From positions 3,510,001-3,542,000 of the forward strand of contig NC_014034.1 in the NCBI RefSeq assembly GCF_000021865.1: a DNA stretch of 32,000 bases, written 5' to 3'. Shown here piece by piece: positions 1-7,246 of this stretch. Below the pieces are notes generated by a model that saw only the letters and a list, made by a program, of their open reading frames with translations, made no database searches and was not told the origin of the DNA. The translations under genes and the position numbers were made by a program. The stretch is from Rhodobacter capsulatus SB 1003. GTDB lineage: Bacteria; Pseudomonadota; Alphaproteobacteria; Rhodobacterales; Rhodobacteraceae. Numbering within the stretch: the first letter of the stretch is position 1; each line of letters begins with the position of its first letter.

Positions 1-1441
1 AGCGGGTCCGGTCTTCCTCGCGCAGAGATTTGCGGATCGAGGCCTTGGCGCGGCCGGTGGCGACGATGTCCAGCCAGGTCGCCTGCGGCCGCTGCCCGGC
101 CGCCGTGATCACCTCGACCGACTGGCCGTTCTTCAGCCGCGTCCAGAGCGGCACGCGGATGCCGTCGACCTTGGCACCGACGCAGGAATTGCCGATCCGC
201 GTGTGGATCGCATAGGCGAAATCGATCGGCGTAGCGCCTTTCGGCAGCTTGATCACATCGCCCTTGGGCGAGAAGCAGAACACCTGATCGGAATACATCT
301 CGAGCTTGACGTTCTCGAGGAATTCGTCGTGATCGCCCTCGGCAAAGCGTTCGGTGAGCGACGCAAGCCATTTCGCCGGATCGACGGCAAAGGGGTTCAG
401 CGCCCGTTCGCCATCGCGGTAAGACCAATGCGCGGCCACGCCCGCTTCGGCCACTTCGTGCATCTGCCGCGTGCGGATCTGCACCTCGACCCGCTTGCCG
501 TCGCGGCCGGACACCGTGGTGTGGATCGAGCGGTAGCCGTTCGATTTCGGCTGGCTGATGTAATCCTTGAACCGCCCCGGCACCGAGCGCCAGCGCTGGT
601 GAATGAGCCCCAGAACGGCGTAGCAATCGGGCACGGACCGGGTGATGACGCGAAAGCCATAGATGTCGGAAAGCCTTGAAAAGGTAAGGCTTTTTTCCTC
701 CATCTTGCGCCAGATCGAATAGGGGCGCTTGGCGCGGCCAAAGACATCGGCCTCGATCCCGGCCTTTTCGAGTTCATTGCGGATATCGGCGGTGATCTGC
801 GAGATCACGTCGCCCGATTCCTTTTGCAAGGACACGAAGCGGCGGATGATCGAGGTCCGCGCCTCGGGGTTGAGCACCTTGAAGGCGAGGTCTTCCAGCT
901 CCTCGCGCATCCACTGCATGCCCATCCGGCCCGCCAGCGGCGCAAAGATCTCCATCGTCTCGCGGGCCTTCTGCGCCTGCTTTTCCGGCCGCATGCTCTT
1001 AATCGTGCGCATGTTGTGCAGCCGGTCGGCAAGCTTGACCAGGATCACCCGCAGATCCTTGGACATCGCCATGAAGAGCTTGCGGAAATTCTCGGCCTGC
1101 TTGCTGGCCGAAGAGCCCAGTTGCAGATTGGTCAGCTTGGTGACGCCATCGACCAGTTCCGCCACCTCGGTGCCGAACAGCCCCTCGACCTCGGTGAAGG
1201 TCGAGCGGGTATCCTCGATCGTGTCATGCAACAGCGCGGTGACGATGGTGGCATCATCGAGCCGCTGTTCGGTCAGGATCGCGGCAACGGCAACGGGATG
1301 GGTGAAATAGGGCTCGCCCGAATGCCGGAACTGCCCGTCGTGCATCTTCAGCCCATAGGCATAGGCGCGACGGATCAGATCGGCGTTGCAGCGGGGATTG
1401 TAGTTGCGAACGAGCGCGATCAGGTCTTCGACATCGATCAT
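1..1441 (-). CDS. spoT: Bifunctional (p)ppGpp synthetase/hydrolase (RelA/SpoT homologue), N-terminal ~480 aa; the 3' end runs off the window
   Basis: Hand translation of the minus strand from ATG (1441-1439): MIDVEDLIALVRNYNPRCNADLIRRAYAYGLKMHDGQFRHSGEPYFTHPVAVAAILTEQRLDDATIVTALLHDTIEDT (HD hydrolase motif). Further on come ...NGYRSIHTTV... (synthetase domain) and VFCFSPKGDVIKLPKGATPIDFAYAIHTRIG (TGS-like). Absent from the ORF track because there is no stop inside the window. Lies directly downstream of rpoZ. Confidence 0.93.
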   Translation of the reverse strand, partial: MIDVEDLIALVRNYNPRCNADLIRRAYAYGLKMHDGQFRHSGEPYFTHPVAVAAILTEQRLDDATIVTALLHDTIEDTRSTFTEVEGLFGTEVAELVDGVTKLTNLQLGSSASKQAENFRKLFMAMSKDLRVILVKLADRLHNMRTIKSMRPEKQAQKARETMEIFAPLAGRMGMQWMREELEDLAFKVLNPEARTSIIRRFVSLQKESGDVISQITADIRNELEKAGIEADVFGRAKRPYSIWRKMEEKSLTFSRLSDIYGFRVITRSVPDCYAVLGLIHQRWRSVPGRFKDYISQPKSNGYRSIHTTVSGRDGKRVEVQIRTRQMHEVAEAGVAAHWSYRDGERALNPFAVDPAKWLASLTERFAEGDHDEFLENVKLEMYSDQVFCFSPKGDVIKLPKGATPIDFAYAIHTRIGNSCVGAKVDGIRVPLWTRLKNGQSVEVITAAGQRPQATWLDIVATGRAKASIRKSLREEDRTR

Positions 1442-1460
1442 CCGCGCTCGTTACCCTCGT

Positions 1461-1814
1461 TCAGTCGCGGCCTTGCGCGTCCATCAATGCGCGCAGCATG
1501 CGCTCTTCGTCCATGTCATCGACGCGCGGCCGGTCGATCTCGCCCGACATCAGAAGCGCCATTGCGTCTTCCTCGGGCTCGTCGACCTCGATCTGGGTCT
1601 GGTTGCTTTCGATCAGACGCTCGCGCAGATCATCGGCCAGCTGGGTTTCATCGGCGATCTCGCGCAGCGCGACCACCGGGTTCTTGTCATTGTCACGCTC
1701 GACGGTGATCGGCGCCCCGGCCGCAACCTCACGGGCGCGGTGGGCGGCAAGCATCACCAGCTCGAAGCGGTTCGGAACCTTGTCAACGCAATCTTCAACC
1801 GTCACGCGGGCCAT
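1461..1814 (-). CDS. rpoZ: DNA-directed RNA polymerase subunit omega
   Basis: ORF 1461..1820. [30 protein letters not shown] matches the canonical RpoZ N-terminus. ATG at 1814 is preceded by GGAG; the track start at 1820 is a TTG two codons upstream. Confidence 0.93.
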   Translation of the reverse strand: MARVTVEDCVDKVPNRFELVMLAAHRAREVAAGAPITVERDNDKNPVVALREIADETQLADDLRERLIESNQTQIEVDEPEEDAMALLMSGEIDRPRVDDMDEERMLRALMDAQGRD

Positions 1815-1886
1815 CGGCAACTCCAGACCAAAGGGGGAGGTGTGAACCTCTCCCTTAGCCCCTTCCCGGGGCCTTTACAAGCGGCC

Positions 1887-2510
1887 CTACCCGTCGAAAG
1901 GGGCAGAAAACGGCACCATTGCCGCTTTTTCGGTCGCGTCCAGCGCCGCCAGCATCGCACCGACCGTCTTGCCGGTGACCGGATGACGCCACAGGGGCGC
2001 GATCTCGGCAAGGGGAATCAGCACGAAGGCCCGGTCGGCCAGACGCGGATGCGGCAGGATCAGCGTCTCGGGCGCAAGCTGCATCTGTGCGTCCAGCGGC
2101 AGGCCGCGCCAATGCGCCTCGGTCGCCGCATCGGGCCGGATCGCGGCACCGCAGGCCAGAAGATCAAGGTCGATGCCGCGCGATTCCCAGCGCGCATTGC
2201 GACGGCGCCCCAGCCGCGCCTCGATTCGATGCAGCGCCGAAAGCACCGCTTCGGGCGTCATCGCCGCGGAAACCACGGCACAGGCATTGACATAATCCGG
2301 CCCCGCCCCGGCCGGAAAAGCCGGAGATCGCCAGAATCGGCTGAGCGCCCGCAGCCGAATCCCCTCCTCGGGCAGCATTTTCAGCGCAGCAACCAGAGAT
2401 TGAGGCGGATTACCCGCCTCAGTTGCAAGATTCGCCCCTAGCGCAACAAAAAATGTGCTATTATCTTTAAAGACAGATATCTCGACCTCCCGACGCTTGG
2501 TAGAAAGCAC
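1887..2510 (-). CDS. folK: 2-amino-4-hydroxy-6-hydroxymethyldihydropteridine pyrophosphokinase (HPPK); start codon uncertain
   Basis: C-terminal ~190 aa of ORF 1887..3317: FFVALGANL...PDYVNACAVV...LHRIEARLGRRRNARWESRGIDLDLL...LILPHPRLADRAFVLIPLAEI is the HPPK pattern. No ATG/GTG/TTG lies close upstream of VALGANL; the nearest in-frame start is GTG at 2510. Confidence 0.75.
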   Translation of the reverse strand: MLSTKRREVEISVFKDNSTFFVALGANLATEAGNPPQSLVAALKMLPEEGIRLRALSRFWRSPAFPAGAGPDYVNACAVVSAAMTPEAVLSALHRIEARLGRRRNARWESRGIDLDLLACGAAIRPDAATEAHWRGLPLDAQMQLAPETLILPHPRLADRAFVLIPLAEIAPLWRHPVTGKTVGAMLAALDATEKAAMVPFSAPFDG

Positions 2511-2606
2511 TGCTGAACTGGTTCTCGCGGCGTATTGGGTAGAACAATTTTTCCCCGTCAACCACTCCGGACGCCACACCGCGGGGCCACGACGAAAGGA
2601 CTTATA

Positions 2607-3188
2607 ATGTTTTACAAGGACGAAAGGCTGGCCCTTTTCATCGACGGGTCCAACCTCTATGCGGCCGCAAAGGCGCTCGGCTTCGACATCGACTACAAAC
2701 TGCTCCGTCAGGAATTCGAACGTCGCGGCAAGCTGGTGCGGGCCTTCTACTATACCGCGCTGCTGGAGAACGAGGAATACTCGCCGATCCGGCCGCTGGT
2801 CGACTGGCTGCACTACAACGGTTACGCGATGGTGACGAAGCCCGCCAAGGAATACACCGACTCGATGGGGCGGCGTAAGGTCAAGGGCAACATGGACATT
2901 GAACTGGCGGTGAATGCGATGGAACTCGCGCCGCGGCTCGACCATGCGGTGCTGTTCTCGGGCGACGGCGATTTCCGCCCGCTGGTCGAGGCGCTGCAGC
3001 GGATGGGCGTGCGGGTGTCGGTCGTCTCGACGATCCGCAGCCAGCCGCCGATGATCGCCGACGAGCTGCGCCGTCAGGCCGACAATTTCATCGAACTCGA
3101 CGCGCTGCGCGAAGTGATCGGCCGCCCGCCGCGCGAACCGCGCGAGATCGCGCCGCCCGCCCCCGCGGCGGACAGCCCGGACACCTGA
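2607..3188 (+). CDS. NYN-domain (LabA/DUF88-like) protein, predicted RNase fold, with a Pro/Ala-rich C-terminal tail
   Basis: ATG at 2607 preceded by AAAGGA. MFYKDERLALFIDGSNLYAAAKALGFDIDYKLL...MDIELAVNAMELA...VLFSGDGDFRPLVEALQRMGVRVSVVS is typical of NYN/LabA proteins. The track start at 2535 adds an implausible Arg/Pro-rich leader. Confidence 0.85.
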   Translation: MFYKDERLALFIDGSNLYAAAKALGFDIDYKLLRQEFERRGKLVRAFYYTALLENEEYSPIRPLVDWLHYNGYAMVTKPAKEYTDSMGRRKVKGNMDIELAVNAMELAPRLDHAVLFSGDGDFRPLVEALQRMGVRVSVVSTIRSQPPMIADELRRQADNFIELDALREVIGRPPREPREIAPPAPAADSPDT

Positions 3189-3207
3189 CCGCTCACGGCA
3201 GGAACGG

Positions 3208-3245
3208 AGAAGACGGCGGTCCACTCCCGCCGTCTTTTTCGTTTC
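3208..3245 (+). terminator. Rho-independent terminator after the NYN-domain gene
   Basis: Stem AGAAGACGGCGG (3208-3219), loop TCCACTC, stem CCGCCGTCTT(T), followed by a TTTTCGTTTC T-rich tail. Confidence 0.6.
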
Positions 3246-3394
3246 GGCGGGCGGAGCGGGGCTCTGCCCCGCACCCCGGGATATTTGCGCCAAGGTGAAA
3301 GCAGGGCCGGGGTCCATGTCATCTTGCCATGAAGACCTCGCGGGGGTCCGGGGGCGCGAAGCCCCCGGCCTGCCCGGTTCAGAACGGACAAGGT

Positions 3395-4048
3395 TCAGAA
3401 CGGGCAGGGCGCGGTGAAGGTCATGTACTGCCCGCCGTCGGGATGGCGCAGGCGCAGGCTTTCGGCATGCAGCATCAGCCGCGGAAAATCGCGCGCCGGG
3501 CCCTCGGCATAGAACGGATCGCCAAGGATCGGATGCCCCAGTTCCAGCATGTGCACCCGCAGCTGATGGCTGCGCCCGGTCAGCGGCGTGAGCCGCACCC
3601 GGGTCGTGCCGTCGGGATCGTGGCGCAGCACCTTCCAGTCGGTCTGCGCGGGCTTGCCGTTTTCAGGGTCCACATGCTGCTTCGGCCGGTTCGGCCAATC
3701 GACGCAAAGCGGCAGATCGACCCGGCCCGCCTTCGGTTCCAGATGCCCCCAGAGCCGGGCCAGATAGTGCTTTTTCGTCTGCCGGGTCTCGAATTGCAGC
3801 CCGAGATGGCGCTGCGCATGCGCCGTCAGCGCAAACACCATCACCCCCGAGGTGTCGCCGTCGAGCCGGTGCACCAGAAGCACCTGCGGAAAGGCGCCCT
3901 TGAGCCGCTCGATCAGGCAATCGGCCTTGTGATCGCCCTTGCCCGGCACCGAGAGCAGCCCCGATTGCTTGTCGACCACGAGGATCTCGTGATCGGCATG
4001 CAGGATGCGCGGCGGCTCGGACGGGGGCGTGTAGACATGCTCGGTCAT
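3395..4048 (-). CDS. rluA: RluA-family tRNA/rRNA pseudouridine synthase
   Basis: ATG at 4048 (MTEHVYTPPSEPP...). LLSVPGKG, HRLDGDTSGVMVFA, DLPLCVDWPNRPKQ and LTGRSHQLRVHMLELGHPILGDPFY are near-colinear with E. coli RluA (217 aa here). The upstream part of track ORF 3395..4351 is Arg-rich junk. Confidence 0.9.
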   Translation of the reverse strand: MTEHVYTPPSEPPRILHADHEILVVDKQSGLLSVPGKGDHKADCLIERLKGAFPQVLLVHRLDGDTSGVMVFALTAHAQRHLGLQFETRQTKKHYLARLWGHLEPKAGRVDLPLCVDWPNRPKQHVDPENGKPAQTDWKVLRHDPDGTTRVRLTPLTGRSHQLRVHMLELGHPILGDPFYAEGPARDFPRLMLHAESLRLRHPDGGQYMTFTAPCPF

Positions 4049-4086
4049 CGGCCCGGCATGGCGCGGGCCGCGCGCGGCGTCAAGCC

Positions 4087-4542
4087 TCAGAGGGCGCCGA
4101 AGACATCGGCCAGGATCGCTTCCAGCGCCCTTGCGTCGGCCTCGGTGAAGGCGTCGGGCTGATCGCTGTCGATATCGAGCACGCCGATGAGCCGCCCGCC
4201 CGCGCCGAAAACCGGGATCACCAGTTCCGAGCGGGTCGAGGAGGAGCAGGCGATATGGCCCGGAAAGGCCTCGACATCGGGGACAAGCTGGGTCCGGCCC
4301 TCGCGTGCCGCCGCGCCGCAGACGCCGCGCGTGAACGGAATCACAAGACATCCGTGTCCCCCCTGATAGGGGCCGATCTTCAGCACGCCGGGTTCGGTGA
4401 CGCGGTAAAAGCCGGTCCAGTCGAAGCGGTCGTCGGCATGGTGGATCTCGCAGGCGAGCGTGGCCATCAGCGCCACCTCGTCGGTTTCGCCCTCGGTCAG
4501 GGCGGCGAGGGTGCGGGCCAGCACCGCGGGGTCAAAGCGCAT
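4087..4542 (-). CDS. msrC: GAF-domain protein, free methionine-(R)-sulfoxide reductase family (YebR/MsrC-like)
   Basis: ATG at 4542 (MRFDPAVLART...). WTGFYRV...GPYQGGHGCLVIPFTRGVCGAAA...DVEAFPGHIACSSSTRSELVIPVF is the fRMsr/GAF motif pattern. Confidence 0.8.
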   Translation of the reverse strand: MRFDPAVLARTLAALTEGETDEVALMATLACEIHHADDRFDWTGFYRVTEPGVLKIGPYQGGHGCLVIPFTRGVCGAAAREGRTQLVPDVEAFPGHIACSSSTRSELVIPVFGAGGRLIGVLDIDSDQPDAFTEADARALEAILADVFGAL

Positions 4543-4633
4543 CGGTCTTCCTTCATCATTCTTTCCGTCGGATACGGATTGGTAAGTTTTCGGCCTTAGT
4601 CTGAACCAAATCTTTCGGGGCCGGAGAGGCAAG

Positions 4634-4981
4634 ATGAATCTTTATGCGGAATCACGCGGGGGCGCGCTGGTCGTTTCAGTGAACGAGGAACGTCTCGATG
4701 CCGCCATCGCGATCCGGTTCAAGGAGCGGATGCGCGAAGTGACCAGCCAACCCGGCGGCCGGGTGGTGCTGGACATGTCGCAGGTGGAATTTCTGGACAG
4801 TTCCGGCTTGGGCGCGGTGGTGGCGGTGATGAAATCGCTGACCCCGGACCGGCGGCTGGAGCTGGCGGGGCTGACGGCGAATGTCGAACGGGTGTTCCGG
4901 CTGACGCGGATGGATTCCGTTTTCGTCATGCACGAGAATGTCGAGGCGGCACTGCGGGCGGGGCTGCGCCATGTTGGCTGA
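4634..4981 (+). CDS. STAS-domain anti-sigma-factor antagonist (SpoIIAA/RsbV-like)
   Basis: ORF 4634..4981, GGAGAGG Shine-Dalgarno upstream. VVLDMSQVEFLDSSGLGAVVAV contains the conserved DSSG phospho-serine motif. Confidence 0.85.
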   Translation: MNLYAESRGGALVVSVNEERLDAAIAIRFKERMREVTSQPGGRVVLDMSQVEFLDSSGLGAVVAVMKSLTPDRRLELAGLTANVERVFRLTRMDSVFVMHENVEAALRAGLRHVG

Positions 4982-5462
4982 TCGTCCGCAACCGGGCCGC
5001 AGCCCGAGCGACTCTCCAAGGCCGGAGCCGAAGATCTTTCACCATTCCTTTGCGGCCGATCCGCTTTCGGTCCGCTTCGCGCTGCGCACCGCGCTGGCCC
5101 GGTTCCTGCGGCAATTGTCGCAAGACGAGGCGGGCACGCTGGAGCTGGTTCTGGCCGAAGTGCTGAACAACATCGTCGAACATGGCTATGGCGACACCGG
5201 GCATGGCACGATCACGCTGTCGCTGGTGCGCGATCACCGCGGGCTGAGCTGTTCGATCAGCGATGACGGGGTGGAGCTGCCGCGTTCCTGCCTCGACCTC
5301 GGCATCGACGATTCGCAGCGGCCCGCGCCCGATACCCTGCCCGAGGGCGGCTTCGGCTGGTTCCTGATCCGCGATCTGGTCGAGGACCTGGGCTATCACC
5401 GCGAAAACGGCCGCAACCTGCTGGCGTTCCGGCTGCCGCTGAAACCCGGCGCCGTCAGTTGA
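4971..5462 (+). CDS. Anti-sigma regulatory factor, HATPase_c serine kinase (RsbW/SpoIIAB-like)
   Basis: ORF 4938..5462. N-box-like EVLNNIVEHGY and G-box-like PEGGFGWFLIRDL. ATG 4971 overlaps the STAS stop (ATGTTGGCTGA), suggesting translational coupling. ATG 4938 is an alternative start. Confidence 0.75.
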   Translation: MLADRPQPGRSPSDSPRPEPKIFHHSFAADPLSVRFALRTALARFLRQLSQDEAGTLELVLAEVLNNIVEHGYGDTGHGTITLSLVRDHRGLSCSISDDGVELPRSCLDLGIDDSQRPAPDTLPEGGFGWFLIRDLVEDLGYHRENGRNLLAFRLPLKPGAVS

Positions 5463-5781
5463 GCTGGAACTGCAACGGGTAACGCCCGTCTTCGAAATCG
5501 CCGAACAGATCGCTCAGATCCGGGTGGTCGATCGGCTCGCCGGAATTGTCGGGCAGAAGGTTCTGCTCCGACACATAGGCGACGTAATAGGTCTGATCGT
5601 TTTCGGCGAGCAGGTGATAGAAGGGCTGATCCTTGGCGGGGCGGCTCTCTTCCGGGATCGCCTCGTACCAGGCGTCGGTGTTGGAAAACATCGCATCCAC
5701 GTCGAAGACAACCCCGCGGAACGGGTGCTTGCGGTGTCGGACGATCTGACCGATGTGATATTTGGCAAGCGTCGTCTGCAT
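5455..5781 (-). CDS. hspQ: Heat-shock protein HspQ (YccV hemimethylated-DNA-binding domain)
   Basis: ORF 5455..5781: AKYHIGQIVRHRKHPFRGVVFDVD...QPFYHLLAENDQTYYVAYVSEQNL is the HspQ signature. Its 3' end overlaps the convergent kinase gene by 8 nt. Confidence 0.85.
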   Translation of the reverse strand: MQTTLAKYHIGQIVRHRKHPFRGVVFDVDAMFSNTDAWYEAIPEESRPAKDQPFYHLLAENDQTYYVAYVSEQNLLPDNSGEPIDHPDLSDLFGDFEDGRYPLQFQLN

Positions 5782-5968
5782 GGTAACCCCCGGTCATCAT
5801 TTTTAAACCTTCCGGCGTTTCCTGTCCATCACCCCCCCGCCCGGGGGCCGGAAACAATCTGTGGACTCGGGCCCAACAGTGCTCACGTCTTCGCGACACG
5901 GTTTCGCTTTCGTTGCGGGGCGAAATTCCTTAAACTGTCGCAAAACAAGCCGAGCGGGCAGAGCAGAC

Positions 5969-6544
5969 ATGAAAAAATTCCTGATGTTGGCCGTTCTCGT
6001 GGCCGTCGCCTCTTGTGGCGGCGGTGGAAAAGCGCCGCGCAATCTTGACAACGCCTGCCTGCTGGCGCGCGAAAAGCCCGCTTATTTCAAGGCGATGCGT
6101 CGTGCCGAAAAGCGCTGGGGCGTGCCGGTGCATGTGCAGATGGCGACGATCCATCAGGAATCCAAGTTCATCCCCAATGCCAGGACCCCGCATCGCTACG
6201 CGCTGGGGGTGATCCCGATCGGGCGGCAAAGCTCGGCCTATGGCTTCAGCCAGGCGCTTGATTCGACCTGGGAAGACTACAAGCGCGACACCAATTCCTG
6301 GGGCGCGAAACGGACGCGGATCACCGATGCGACCGATTTCATGGGCTGGTACATGGACGGATCCGCCGACCGGCTCGGGATTTCGAAATGGAACGCCCGC
6401 GAACAATATCTCGCCTATCACGAGGGCCGCAGCGGCTATGCCAAGGGCAGCTACAATGACAAGGGCTGGCTTCTGGCCGTCGCCGACAAGGTGGCCGCCC
6501 GCGCCGAGATGTATCGCAGCCAGCTGAATTCCTGCGGCGGCTGA
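5969..6544 (+). CDS. Lipoprotein with a lytic-transglycosylase (SLT)-like domain
   Basis: ATG at 5969. MKKFLMLAVLVAVASCGG is a signal peptide plus lipobox. TIHQESKFIPNA ... YGFSQALDSTWEDY resembles an SLT catalytic region. Confidence 0.75.
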   Translation: MKKFLMLAVLVAVASCGGGGKAPRNLDNACLLAREKPAYFKAMRRAEKRWGVPVHVQMATIHQESKFIPNARTPHRYALGVIPIGRQSSAYGFSQALDSTWEDYKRDTNSWGAKRTRITDATDFMGWYMDGSADRLGISKWNAREQYLAYHEGRSGYAKGSYNDKGWLLAVADKVAARAEMYRSQLNSCGG

Positions 6545-6551
6545 GCCCGGA

Positions 6552-7163
6552 TCAGTTCTTGCGCGCTTCGGTCTCGGCGACGATCGAGAACATCAGCGGG
6601 CCCGGATCGACCCCGGGCTTCAGCTGATCCAGGATCACCACCGTCTTCGCCCCGGTATCATCGGTGATCACCCAGCGCCGCAGCGTGACCGGATTGGCCG
6701 AAAACACCAGCCGGATCGTGCCGTAGTCCGGGTTTTGCGGGTCCTGCGCCACCACCGCGGTATTCGCCCCCTCCGCCTCGTGGCCGACCACCATCCGCGC
6801 CTGGGCCAGATCGATCCTGTCCGCCAGGATCAGGTTCAGCGGCGTGCGCTTGAGCGGATATTGCTCGGCGATCTGGTTCGATTTCGGATCGAAGATCGCC
6901 ACCTGCCCGCCCGACGCCAGCACCAGCGTGTCGTCATCGCTATATTCGAACCGCATCCGCCCGGGCCGCTTGAGGTAAAGCTTGCCCGTCGATTTCGAGC
7001 CGTCGGCATTCACCTGGGTGAAGGCCGCCTCGGCCGTCGTCAGCCCGTTCAGATAGGCCGAAAGCTGGGCCAAAGGGATTTTCTCGGCCCAGGCCGGGGC
7101 GGCAAGGGCCAGCATCAGGACGGGCAGAAGGGCGGCAACGGGGGCAAAGCGCATCTGGATCAT
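6552..7163 (-). CDS. lolA: Outer-membrane lipoprotein carrier protein LolA
   Basis: ORF 6552..7163: signal peptide ending APAWA, then F.Q......G.LYLKRPGRMRFEY, the LolA pattern. Immediately downstream of ftsK, the common ftsK-lolA synteny. Confidence 0.85.
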   Translation of the reverse strand: MIQMRFAPVAALLPVLMLALAAPAWAEKIPLAQLSAYLNGLTTAEAAFTQVNADGSKSTGKLYLKRPGRMRFEYSDDDTLVLASGGQVAIFDPKSNQIAEQYPLKRTPLNLILADRIDLAQARMVVGHEAEGANTAVVAQDPQNPDYGTIRLVFSANPVTLRRWVITDDTGAKTVVILDQLKPGVDPGPLMFSIVAETEARKN

Positions 7164-7186
7164 GGGACAAACTTACCGCAGATCGG

Positions 7187-7226
7187 ACAAAGAAAAAGCC
7201 CCGCGCGGGTCACATCGCGCGGGGCT
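7187..7226 (-). terminator. Rho-independent terminator after ftsK
   Basis: On the minus strand: AGCCCCGCGCG-ATGTGACC-CGCGCGGGGCT followed by TTTTTCTTTG. An 11-bp perfect stem (plus-strand 7197-7207 / 7216-7226). Confidence 0.6.
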
Positions 7227-7246
7227 GCCATCACTTTCCTGCGCCC

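Noticed and set aside
1887-3317. 476-aa minus-strand ORF taken at face value
   Set aside because: It is a chimera. Only the C-terminal ~200 aa (folK) is protein-like. The upstream part is antisense to the NYN-domain gene and crosses the AT-rich intergenic and promoter patch.
3348-3368. GC-rich hairpin CCGGGGGC-GCGAA-GCCCCCGG downstream of rluA
   Set aside because: It forms a stable 8-bp stem, but no U-tract follows on the minus strand, so I did not call it an intrinsic terminator.
3376-3403. 12-bp direct repeat GGTTCAGAACGG x2 (period 16) spanning the rluA stop codon
   Set aside because: It looks like a small local duplication of the gene's 3' end (..CCGTTCTGAAC..). The repeat is too short and isolated to call a regulatory or mobile feature.
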